NCBI GenBank assembly: GCA_044222185.1
Contig: JBGANV010000003.1
Coordinates: 480,001 to 544,000, forward strand
Source: Planctomycetota bacterium
GTDB taxonomy: Bacteria; Planctomycetota; GCA-002687715; CAIWVZ01
Length of the DNA stretch: 64,000 nt
Direction: 5' to 3'
This document shows positions 11,056-19,742 of the stretch, in pieces; the first letter of the stretch is position 1; each line of letters begins with the position of its first letter. A program made the position numbers and the translations under genes. The notes under the pieces were generated by a model that was given only the letters and a program-made list of their open reading frames with translations, was not told the origin of the DNA and ran no database searches.

Positions 11056-13968
11056 ATGCTTCACCCGACCAGGCTCGCCATTCTCATCCTCGTTCTCGCG
11101 TCGTTCGCGATCGTCGCGCGCCCGGCATCCGCCCAGGACACGACCGCACTCCTGGCCGCCGGTGCGTCGGCGCCCGACTTCGCATCCAAGGATGCCGTCG
11201 GGAAGGACGTCCACATCGCCGACTTCCAGGGCAAGGTCGTCGTCCTCGACTTCTGGGCGACGTGGTGCGGGCCGTGCATCCGGTCATTGCCGCACGTGCA
11301 GGAGCTCGCCGCGGCTCAGAAGGCGAACGGCGTCGTCGTCCTCGCCGTTTGCACCAGCGACTCGCGCGCGCGCTTCGACGCATGGGTCAAGGAGAACGCG
11401 AGCAAGTACCCGGACGTGGTCTTCACCTGTGACCCGTTCGATCGCGGGAGCAAGCAATTCGACGAGCGCGCGTCGGCGAAGCTGTATGGCGTTTCCGGCC
11501 TCCCGACGAAGTTCGTGATCGGCAAGGACGGCAAGGTCGTCATGGCGATCGTCGGAAGCGAGGACGGCGACGTGCGCCTGGAAGCCGGCCTTGCGCGAGC
11601 GGGTGTGGCGATCGACGCGACCGTCGCGAAGCGGGGCGAGGAGCAGGCACTGAAGGCCGAGAAGGAAGAGGCCGCTCGGATCGCCGAGGCTGCCGCCAAC
11701 CCTCGTCCGCCATTCATGGCGCAACTCGGCTCGCTCAAGTCCGGCGGCGCGATTCCCGATTGCGCTCTCGTCGGCACCGACGGGAAGGAATTCACCTTCG
11801 CTTCGCTTCGCGGAAAGCCGCTCGTGATCGCGATGTCCTGGCACGACATCGTCCCCACCGCCAAGCTCGACGAGATCGACCGGCGCTACTCGGCGTACGG
11901 CGTACGAACGCTCGAGGCGATGGTCTTCACGTCACGCACCGACTTCGACGCATGGGCGAAAGAGCATGCCGGTGAGTTCACGTTCCGCGTCGGGGTCGAC
12001 CCTGCGGGCAAGTTCGAGGGGAAGTCCGGCGTGAACGACGCCGAGGCACGGATGGCGTTCCACCGAACGACCGTCGTCGGCAAGTTGTTCAGCGGTGGCG
12101 GCTTTCCGGCGATGCCTGTCGGGATGGTCGTCGATGCAGAGGGTCGCTTCATCGGCGGTTTTCATTTCGGCGATCAGATGACGGAAGGTCTGGCGAATCT
12201 GCTGCTGCGCGCGGGCGTCGGACTGAAGCCCGAGGACATGCCGTCGAAGGTCGCACCGCCGGAAGCGTTCGTGGTCGCTCCCCCTCCTCCGATCGAAGCG
12301 CCGGTTCAGCGCCTGGCCGTCGGTGCGGTCGCGCCCGACTTCGAGAGCCAGGACCTCGCGGGCAAGACGGTCAAGCTGTCCGACTTCACGGGCAAGATCA
12401 TCGTCCTCGACTTCTGGGCGACGTGGTGCGGGCCGTGCAAGGCGTCGTTGCCGCATACCCAGGAGGTCGCGCAGCAGTACAAGGACCAAGGCGTCGTCGT
12501 GCTGGCGAACTGCACGAGCGACGGCCGCAAGGCGTTCGAAGCCTGGTCGCAGAAGAACCAGGGTGACTTCCCGGACATCATCTTCACGCATGACAAGGCC
12601 GAGAAGGGACCCGATCGCGCCTCGCGCAAGCACTACGGAGTGGGCGGCATCCCGCAGCAGTTCGTGATCGGCAGGGACGGAAGGGTCGCGGCGATCGTGG
12701 ACGGGTACGTCGCTGGCGAAGTGTTGCTCGAAGGCGCGCTCGCCAAGGCCGGCGTCACGGTCGATGCGGCGACGCTCGAGAAGGCGGCCGCGGATCAGCG
12801 AAAGCGCGACGAGGGACGCCCGAAGGCGGCGGCCGCGCTCGCGCCGATGTCCGCCCCGGCATCCACGCGGCCCACCTCGCCCGGGCCCGGTTCGAACCTC
12901 ATCGGCAAGGCACCACCGCAGATCCGCGTCGCGAAGTGGGTCAAGGGTGAGCCGATCACCGAGCTCGAGAAGGGCAAGGTGTGGGTGATCGACTTCTGGG
13001 CGACGTGGTGCGGGCCGTGCAAGGCCGCGATTCCTCACCTCACGAAGCTCGCCCAGGAGCACGCGGGCAAGGTCGAGGTGGTGGGCGTCAGCATCTCGGA
13101 GCGCCAGAAGGACCCGACGGACACGGCGTACATCGAACTGGTGCAGCAGTTCGTCGACAAGCAGGGTGATCGCATGGGGTACCGCGTCGCGGTGGACACG
13201 CCGGAGAAGACGATGCACGCGACGTGGTTCAAGCCCACTGGCACCGGCGGAATCCCGACGGCGTACATCATCGACCGGAACGGGTTGGTCGCGTGGACGG
13301 GAATCGGCGATCCCCACGACGTGCAGCGAATCGTCGAGGCCGTGCTCGCGGGCACGTTCGATCCGAAGGCGGAGGCCGAACTGCAGGCGAGGCTCGATGC
13401 GGAAGCCAAGGAGCGCGCCGCGGCCGACGCCGCGAAGGCACGCGAGAAGGGCAAGACCGACGCCGAGGTCCCCGGCTATTCCGACGCCATGGCGCGCGGC
13501 GACACCGCCGCAGCCCTCGCGGCTCTCGATGCCGCATTCGCCGCCGACCCCACGCTCGAGTCTTCGGGGCGCTACCAGTGGAAGTTCATGCTGCTCATGC
13601 AACGCAACAAACCCGACGAGGTGAACGCCTACGTGCGGGATCTCCTGAAGCGCATGCCTGAGAACGACGACGTCATCGGCTTCGCTTCGGCATGCATCGT
13701 CGCCTGTACCGATGATCCGCCGCGCTTCGACCCGCAACTGGCGCTCGAGGTGGCACGAAAGACCGCCGCCGCAGCCAGGCCGGACAGCCGGTGGCAGCAA
13801 TTCGCGCGTTGGCGCCTCGCCTGGGCGTTGTTCCACACGGGAGACCGCGCGAAGGCAACCGAGCAGATGCAGCTCGCGCGCGAAGGCGTGAAGAAGCTGA
13901 AGGGCACCGTCGATTTCGACGACCTCGAGATGCAATGCGACGAGGCACTGAAGGTCTTCAAGAAGTGA
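11056..13968 (+). CDS. Secreted multi-domain TlpA/redoxin (thioredoxin-fold) protein with C-terminal helical (TPR-like) region
   Basis: Signal peptide (ASA|QD), three DFWATWCGPC motifs, and one further redoxin-like domain lacking CxxC. Confidence 0.88.
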   Translation: MLHPTRLAILILVLASFAIVARPASAQDTTALLAAGASAPDFASKDAVGKDVHIADFQGKVVVLDFWATWCGPCIRSLPHVQELAAAQKANGVVVLAVCTSDSRARFDAWVKENASKYPDVVFTCDPFDRGSKQFDERASAKLYGVSGLPTKFVIGKDGKVVMAIVGSEDGDVRLEAGLARAGVAIDATVAKRGEEQALKAEKEEAARIAEAAANPRPPFMAQLGSLKSGGAIPDCALVGTDGKEFTFASLRGKPLVIAMSWHDIVPTAKLDEIDRRYSAYGVRTLEAMVFTSRTDFDAWAKEHAGEFTFRVGVDPAGKFEGKSGVNDAEARMAFHRTTVVGKLFSGGGFPAMPVGMVVDAEGRFIGGFHFGDQMTEGLANLLLRAGVGLKPEDMPSKVAPPEAFVVAPPPPIEAPVQRLAVGAVAPDFESQDLAGKTVKLSDFTGKIIVLDFWATWCGPCKASLPHTQEVAQQYKDQGVVVLANCTSDGRKAFEAWSQKNQGDFPDIIFTHDKAEKGPDRASRKHYGVGGIPQQFVIGRDGRVAAIVDGYVAGEVLLEGALAKAGVTVDAATLEKAAADQRKRDEGRPKAAAALAPMSAPASTRPTSPGPGSNLIGKAPPQIRVAKWVKGEPITELEKGKVWVIDFWATWCGPCKAAIPHLTKLAQEHAGKVEVVGVSISERQKDPTDTAYIELVQQFVDKQGDRMGYRVAVDTPEKTMHATWFKPTGTGGIPTAYIIDRNGLVAWTGIGDPHDVQRIVEAVLAGTFDPKAEAELQARLDAEAKERAAADAAKAREKGKTDAEVPGYSDAMARGDTAAALAALDAAFAADPTLESSGRYQWKFMLLMQRNKPDEVNAYVRDLLKRMPENDDVIGFASACIVACTDDPPRFDPQLALEVARKTAAAARPDSRWQQFARWRLAWALFHTGDRAKATEQMQLAREGVKKLKGTVDFDDLEMQCDEALKVFKK

Positions 13969-14227
13969 TCGGGCTCGCGCCGCCACGTCGGACCCGCCAC
14001 GTCGGTCGGGAGCGGTTTCCCCGGCGACCCGGTGATTCTCGGCGCAAGGTCGTGGACTCGCGGTAGCCCGAAGCCGCGACGCTTGCCGTCGCCATCGACG
14101 ACCGGAGCCGCCCGCGCGGCCGGCCCCTTGTGCCGTCGGCGCGCGCGCCTCGGGTGGCCACGGTCGACTGCGCGGTTGCGGCGGCGAACGGCGATCGATG
14201 TCGTCGCGAGCGACGCAGCCTTCTCCC

Positions 14228-14274
14228 TTGACGCGCTTCTACAGCTGTCATAGCATCTGCGACATCTGTAGAAG
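14228..14274 (+). promoter_or_regulatory. Sigma70 promoter with two BlaI/MecI-type operator dyads
   Basis: TTGACG (14228-33), 17 nt spacer, TAGCAT (14251-56). TACA-GC-TGTC (14240-49) and GACA-TC-TGTA (14261-70) resemble the TACA-N2-TGTA BlaI box and lie within the inverted repeat CTTCTACAG...CTGTAGAAG. Confidence 0.8.
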
Positions 14275-14301
14275 TCATTCCCGCCGGATCCAAGCGTTGC
14301 C

Positions 14302-14679
14302 ATGCACCTCAGCGAAGCCGAATGGAAAGTGATGTCCTGTGTCTGGGATCGCGGTGCCGTCGGCGCGCGTGACGTCTGTGACGCCCTGCGCGATGAACGC
14401 GGGTGGGCCTACACGACGGTCAAGACCATGATGGCGCGCCTCGCACAGAAGGGTGCGCTGACGGAGCGCAAGGAGCGCAACGCGAGCGTCTACGAAGCCG
14501 CGGTGAGCCGGAGCAAGTGCCGGCGCGCCGCTCTCCGAAGCCTCGTCGATGGCGCGTTCGGCGGCGCCGTCGAACCCATGGTGCACTTCCTCGTCGGGGA
14601 GACGAGCTTCTCCGCCGAGGCCGCGGATGAACTCACGCGGCTTCTGGAAGAGAAACGCCGGAAGAAGGCCAGGCGATGA
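14302..14679 (+). CDS. BlaI/MecI/CopY family transcriptional repressor
   Basis: LSEAEWKVM..VW and WAYTTVKTMMARLAQKG motifs. Overlaps the downstream M56 gene. Confidence 0.93.
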   Translation: MHLSEAEWKVMSCVWDRGAVGARDVCDALRDERGWAYTTVKTMMARLAQKGALTERKERNASVYEAAVSRSKCRRAALRSLVDGAFGGAVEPMVHFLVGETSFSAEAADELTRLLEEKRRKKARR

Positions 14680-15824
14680 GCGAAACCGCTTTCGGCCTCG
14701 TCCAGACCTGGGCCGCGTGGATCGTCCCGATGACGATTCAGGCGAGTCTCTTCCTGGCCGTGCTCGCGGCGGTGGACCGGCTGTGGCGGCGCCGGATCCC
14801 GCCGGCGGTGTGGACCGTGGCTTGGCTCGTGGCCCTGGCGAAACTCGTCGTCCCACCCTCGCTCGCAAGCCCACTTGCCCTCTTCCGCGGCGTGGGCATG
14901 GACTCGGGCCTCGCGACACCGCCGGCACTCGCCACCACGCCGGTGACGGCTGACGTGATCCTGGCGGCGGGCTGCGCGATCTGGATCGTCGGCGGACTGG
15001 TGTTTGCGACCCGTGCGTCCCGCGCGACGGTTTCGTGGCGGCGGAAGATCGTCGCGTCGGCCGTCGACGGGCCCGAGCTTCGTCGCGTCGAGGCGGCCTT
15101 GGTGCACGCGGCGAAACGCGTGCGGCTGCGGCGGGTCCCCCGAGTGGTCGTCACGCCGCTGCTGCAATCCCCCGCGGTCACAGGGTGGCTGTCGCCGCTG
15201 CTTGCGGTGCCGACCGAGATCGCACGGAACGCCGACGACGTCGTGCTCTCGGCGATGGTGCTCCACGAGGTGACGCACCTCCGCCGTGGCGATCCGCTCG
15301 TGGCCGGCGCTGCACGCGTCCTGCACGGCGTCTACTGGTTCATTCCCTTCGTCGGCCTGGCGCGCCGCCGTCTTGCCGCGCTCGCCGAGTTCGGGTGCGA
15401 CGCGGCCGTGGCGCGATTGCTCGCGGCGGAGGCCACGACCTATCGCGACGCGTTGCTGGATCATGCAAGCGCGCTGGCGTCGCGCGGCGTCGGAACACTC
15501 CCACCGCCCCGCTCCGCTCTCGCGTTCATGAACTCGTCGGGAGACGAGGTCGTCGCCCGGATCCGCGCCCTCGATGGGCTCACACCGAGGCGCCGACGAC
15601 TCCAGAGCGGAGTCGCCGTGGTCGTGGCCGTCCTGCTCGCTGCCTGTGTGGCCCCGATGGGAGAACGACGGACGGGTGAGGCCGTGGCTCAGGACGACGC
15701 CGCGCGTGACACGATCGAGCGGTGGGAAGCGGGGCAGTCGGTGAGCTGTTTCCGGGTCCGCTGGGCCGCCATGCGGCTTTACGGAAACCCAGGGGTCGAG
15801 GATCGGAGTTCCAAGAAGCCATGA
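14676..15824 (+). CDS. M56 family membrane metallopeptidase (BlaR1-like, no penicillin-binding domain)
   Basis: Transmembrane segments, SPAVTG, HEVTH zinc motif, EFGCD. Coupled to blaI-like gene. Confidence 0.88.
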   Translation: MSETAFGLVQTWAAWIVPMTIQASLFLAVLAAVDRLWRRRIPPAVWTVAWLVALAKLVVPPSLASPLALFRGVGMDSGLATPPALATTPVTADVILAAGCAIWIVGGLVFATRASRATVSWRRKIVASAVDGPELRRVEAALVHAAKRVRLRRVPRVVVTPLLQSPAVTGWLSPLLAVPTEIARNADDVVLSAMVLHEVTHLRRGDPLVAGAARVLHGVYWFIPFVGLARRRLAALAEFGCDAAVARLLAAEATTYRDALLDHASALASRGVGTLPPPRSALAFMNSSGDEVVARIRALDGLTPRRRRLQSGVAVVVAVLLAACVAPMGERRTGEAVAQDDAARDTIERWEAGQSVSCFRVRWAAMRLYGNPGVEDRSSKKP

Positions 15825-16444
15825 AGACCTTTCTGCTCTTCGGAGCGGCGTTCGCCGCACTCGTTTCGGCCGTGGTCACTCCCGACCAACCGCGCGGCGA
15901 CGTCGCCTCGCAGGTTCCCCAGGACAAGGACGCGGCTGCCGGCCTGCAGCGCTTCGTCGATTCCTGCCGACCCGGCAAGAACCACGAATGGCTCAAGCAA
16001 CTCGTCGGCAAGTGGGACATGACGCAGCGCGCCTGGATGATGGGGCCTGACGCAAAGCCGGAGGAGAGCAAGGGCACGGTCGAGTACCGCTGGCTCGTGG
16101 AAGGCAAGTGGCTGTTGCGCGAGGCGAAGAGCTCGGTGTTCGGGCGCCCGTGCACCCAGACGACGATCCTCGGTTACGACAACTTCCGGAAGAAGTACGT
16201 GTCGACGAAGGTCGACAGCATGATGACCATGATGGTCCGGGAGGACGGCGTGCTCGATCCGTCGCAGAAAGTGCTGACGCTCTACGGCGAGGTCGACGAG
16301 CCGATGACGGGCACGATCGGCAAGGCCGTGAAGTTCGTCACGCGAATCACGGGCGCCGACTCGATCGTCGAGGAGGTCCACGACCTGACGATCCCGGAGC
16401 CCAACACCAAGGTGATCGAGTACGCGTTGGTCAGGGCGAAGTAG
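15821..16444 (+). CDS. Secreted DUF1579-like beta-barrel protein
   Basis: Signal peptide and motifs PG..H..L..LVGKW and GYDNFRKKYVST.VDSM. ATG overlaps the M56 stop. Confidence 0.75.
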   Translation: MKTFLLFGAAFAALVSAVVTPDQPRGDVASQVPQDKDAAAGLQRFVDSCRPGKNHEWLKQLVGKWDMTQRAWMMGPDAKPEESKGTVEYRWLVEGKWLLREAKSSVFGRPCTQTTILGYDNFRKKYVSTKVDSMMTMMVREDGVLDPSQKVLTLYGEVDEPMTGTIGKAVKFVTRITGADSIVEEVHDLTIPEPNTKVIEYALVRAK

Positions 16445-16612
16445 TCCGGCGCCTTCGCGGACGGTCCGATGCGCACGAAGAACGCGGGAGTCGTCGAAGG
16501 CGCCGCGAGACCGCGCGGCGGTGCGGCCGGCAAGGCCCCTGCCCTGCTTCGCCCGCGCCGCGAGCGAGATCTCTCCACGCAAACGATTCGACGAAGTCGA
16601 AGGAAACCACAC

Positions 16613-17425
16613 ATGAGCCTGAACAAGGACGCATCCGGGCGCCGCTCGGTGCAGGTCGACGTCGAGATCACCGGAACCCAGGACGAGGTCTGGCGCGCGA
16701 TCGCCACCGGGCCCGGCATCTCGGCATGGTTCGTTCCCACGCGAAGCGATGAGCGCCAAGGCGGCCAGATGGTGAGCGACTTCGGTGCCGGGATGGAGTT
16801 CCCGTCCACGATCACGTCGTGGGATGCACCAAGACGTTTCGTCGCCGAGGCTGCCGTGGGCCCTCCCGGGTCGCCTACGATCGTGACGGCATGGAGCGTC
16901 ACGGAGCGCACGAATGGCAAGTGCCTCGTCCGCGTGGAGCACGGTCTCGTCTCCGACGAGGACGACTGGGACGGTCAACTCCTCGCGATGGAGGACGGCT
17001 GGCCTGCCTACTTCAAGATCCTGCGGATCTACCTCGAGACGTATCGCGGGATGCCGTGCGCGGCGATGCAGCTGGTCGGGTTTTCCAGTGAGCCGGAGGA
17101 GACGACCTGGCGCGTCGCCGGGACGGAGCTGGGGCTGCTTTCACTTTCGGAGGGGCAGCGGTGGACCGCCCCGCATGGTTTCCCACGCACGTCCGGCGTC
17201 GTGGATACCCGCGGACGAGGAATGCACCCGAACACGGTGATCCTGCGCATCGACGCTCCCGCGCCGGGCGCTGCCTACGTCGGGGCGTTCTCCTGCGGCG
17301 GGATGGTCCAGGTCTACATGGCGGTCTACCTCTACGGCAATCAGGCCCGCGCTGCGGTGGACCGCGACCAACCCGCCTGGCAGAAGTGGATGAGTGCGCG
17401 CTTCCCGATCCCCCAAATGGGTTGA
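16613..17425 (+). CDS. SRPBCC/AHSA1 domain protein
   Basis: VWRAIATGPGISAWF and EDGWPAYF motifs. SD-like AAGGA upstream of ATG 16613. Confidence 0.82.
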   Translation: MSLNKDASGRRSVQVDVEITGTQDEVWRAIATGPGISAWFVPTRSDERQGGQMVSDFGAGMEFPSTITSWDAPRRFVAEAAVGPPGSPTIVTAWSVTERTNGKCLVRVEHGLVSDEDDWDGQLLAMEDGWPAYFKILRIYLETYRGMPCAAMQLVGFSSEPEETTWRVAGTELGLLSLSEGQRWTAPHGFPRTSGVVDTRGRGMHPNTVILRIDAPAPGAAYVGAFSCGGMVQVYMAVYLYGNQARAAVDRDQPAWQKWMSARFPIPQMG

Positions 17426-17590
17426 CCGGACGCGACCCGCCCCGTCCCGATCGGGACGCGGCGAGCTCGCCGAGCGCGTCCATCGAGATGCGGGGGTCGA
17501 GCGCGCCGTCGCTGCCCCTCGGGCGAACTCCGGCGGCGATCCGCGCAGTTCGGACGAAAGGCGCGGAGTTCCGCCGCGCTAACGTCCCCC

Positions 17591-18112
17591 ATGCATCGAT
17601 CGAACGTCGTCAGACTCGCCGTCGTTCCCGGGTTGATCACCGTCCCGCTCACCGCGCTTCGAGCCTGGCTCGAAGTCAACCACCCCGGCGAGGGCATCAC
17701 GACGCTGGTGAGTCTGAATGGGCTCGCGCTCGCGTGGATTCTGGCATTCGCGGTGATGATGCGACGCGGCGGTCGCCGCTTCGCCGCGTTCTTCTTCACC
17801 CTCAGCGTCTTCTGCACGATCTACCGGCTCGCAATCGGTGTCGTGTACACGCTGGCATGGGCGCAATCCTGGCGGACGGTCACCGGAAACCCGACGCGCT
17901 ATCAACGCGACATGATCGACGCCTTCGCGCAGATGAAGCTCGAATCGCCCGAGCAGGCATCGGCTGGCCTCGTCTTCGCATGCACGGCGCTCTTCCCCAT
18001 CGTCACTCAGTTGGTCTTCGGCTGCATCACCTGGTTGCTGGTCCGACTGCTCGTGAAACCGGCTCGCGTCCCAGCGATGCCGCTCGAAGGACGAAGCCGC
18101 GACGCGCCGTGA
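17591..18112 (+). CDS. Hypothetical membrane protein (about 4 TM)
   Basis: Four hydrophobic segments and coding-like codon usage. Confidence 0.65.
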   Translation: MHRSNVVRLAVVPGLITVPLTALRAWLEVNHPGEGITTLVSLNGLALAWILAFAVMMRRGGRRFAAFFFTLSVFCTIYRLAIGVVYTLAWAQSWRTVTGNPTRYQRDMIDAFAQMKLESPEQASAGLVFACTALFPIVTQLVFGCITWLLVRLLVKPARVPAMPLEGRSRDAP

Positions 18113-18124
18113 GCGCACCCCGCC

Positions 18125-18508
18125 TCACGGGACATGGGGGCCGCGATCGCGATTGTCGCGCCGCGACCGCAACCTCGCCGAGGGATCTCGATCGCGAGTT
18201 TCGTCCAACCCGATCGCATCGGCTCCGCCGGGCCAGCGAGCGAGCGCTCGGCCGATTCGATCGAGGATCCGCGCCGGACCCGTGATCGCGAGGCCCATGT
18301 AGGTTTCCGCCTCGACGGTGACGAGTCGTCCGTCGACCCGACAGCGTAGTGTCTCCAACTCCTGGGAGCCAGCGACGCCCCATGTGTGCTCGAAGGACTC
18401 GGCGCCGAGCCCCTTCAACGCGCGCAGGACTGCCGCCCGAAGCGCGGCATCGGATTCGAGTCCGAGCACCCGCGTCACGTCGCCATTCGAAGGGTTGGGC
18501 TGTTCCAT
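18125..18508 (-). CDS. Small conserved hypothetical protein
   Basis: WGVAGSQEL...VEAETYMGL motif is recognisable from small bacterial hypothetical proteins. The C-terminal tail may be an extension. Confidence 0.5.
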   Translation of the reverse strand: MEQPNPSNGDVTRVLGLESDAALRAAVLRALKGLGAESFEHTWGVAGSQELETLRCRVDGRLVTVEAETYMGLAITGPARILDRIGRALARWPGGADAIGLDETRDRDPSARLRSRRDNRDRGPHVP

Positions 18509-18992
18509 CGGATTTCCGTGCTCATTCGACCCGCATGAGCTGGCCACGCCGACGATGCACCCAACGGCGGGCCAGCGCCGCACGCGAAACTGTACGCTCT
18601 TGGCAGCCGGAATGAATTCCGGCAAGCACGAGCCGCAGCGTTCCGATCGTGAATGGAATGGCACCCCGGGTGAGCGAAGCCGATGCGTCGAGTCCAGGCA
18701 TCCGTCGCCGTGCTCGGCGACGATGCGCTTCGATGACGCACCGCCAAGCGGCGCGCGCCCAAGTCGCGGCCATCGCCCCTGTGCTGGGGGCCGACGCGCA
18801 CGTCCCCGAGTGAGGCGCAGGAATTCCTGCTGCGTTGCACTCGATGCCGGGAGCCATGCGCCGAGCACGTGCCACGTTCAATCCTCGCCCGCGAAGACCG
18901 CTGGTAGACTGACCGCGTCGCAGCTCACCGGATCCTATTCCGCCGTGGTCGTGGTCGACCGTCCGCGGGGTCGGCGGGGCGGCCGATCAGCC

Positions 18993-19742
18993 ATGTCGCA
19001 GGCAACGCCACATTGGGACTCCAAGTTCTCTTCCGCGTGCTGGCAGCTGTTCTGTCGCTGCCGCGATGGAGACGGCGACACGGAACGAAGGCAGGCCAGG
19101 ATGGAGCTTGCGGCGCTCTGTGCCCGTCCCGTGCATCGGTTCTTCGCGCGAGAGCTCCGTCTACCCGAGCATGAGGCCGACGACCTGACGCAGGGATTCC
19201 TCCTTCGCTTCATGGAACGAGACGGCGCCCTCGATCCGAAGGAGCGCACGAGCTGTCGTGGCTTCATCAAGGCCGCGTGCCGCGCGTTTTGGAAGAATGA
19301 GATTCGGCGCCGAAATGGCGGCATCGAGGGTTTGCTGACGACGTTGCCGGCGGACGACACGGGCGTGGCTGTCGACGAGCGGACGACGACGATCGATCGG
19401 ATGATCGATGCCGAGTGGCGACGGATGATCATCACCGAAGCGATGGGCCTCACTGAAGCCCGTCTCACGGCCGAGGGCAGGTCCGTCGAGTACGCAGTGC
19501 TGTGCGAGTCGGTCATCGATGACGGCCGACAGCGGGCGACGCGGCAAGACGTCGCAAGGCGCCTGGGCCTCACCGTGATCGACGTTCAGAACGCGCGTGC
19601 ATCGGCCCGTCGCGCTCTGGAGGAGGCACTTTGGGACGTCGCTTCGCGCCTGTCACACGACCCTGATTCCGAACTGCACGGGCTTGGCCTTCCGACCCGC
19701 AGGAGTCGCGGGGCATCGCGCCCTCCGCCGACGGGAAAGTGA
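18993..19742 (+). CDS. ECF-type RNA polymerase sigma factor (kinase-associated)
   Basis: Region 2 EADDLTQGF, spacer DAEWRR, region 4 HTH ([18 protein letters not shown]). Overlaps the kinase start. Confidence 0.75.
   Translation: MSQATPHWDSKFSSACWQLFCRCRDGDGDTERRQARMELAALCARPVHRFFARELRLPEHEADDLTQGFLLRFMERDGALDPKERTSCRGFIKAACRAFWKNEIRRRNGGIEGLLTTLPADDTGVAVDERTTTIDRMIDAEWRRMIITEAMGLTEARLTAEGRSVEYAVLCESVIDDGRQRATRQDVARRLGLTVIDVQNARASARRALEEALWDVASRLSHDPDSELHGLGLPTRRSRGASRPPPTGK

Noticed and set aside
11242-13021. Near-identical ~30-37-bp repeats as DGR template/variable repeats or recombination sites
   Set aside because: They encode the conserved DFWATWCGPC motif in duplicated domains, and there is no reverse transcriptase or recombinase nearby.
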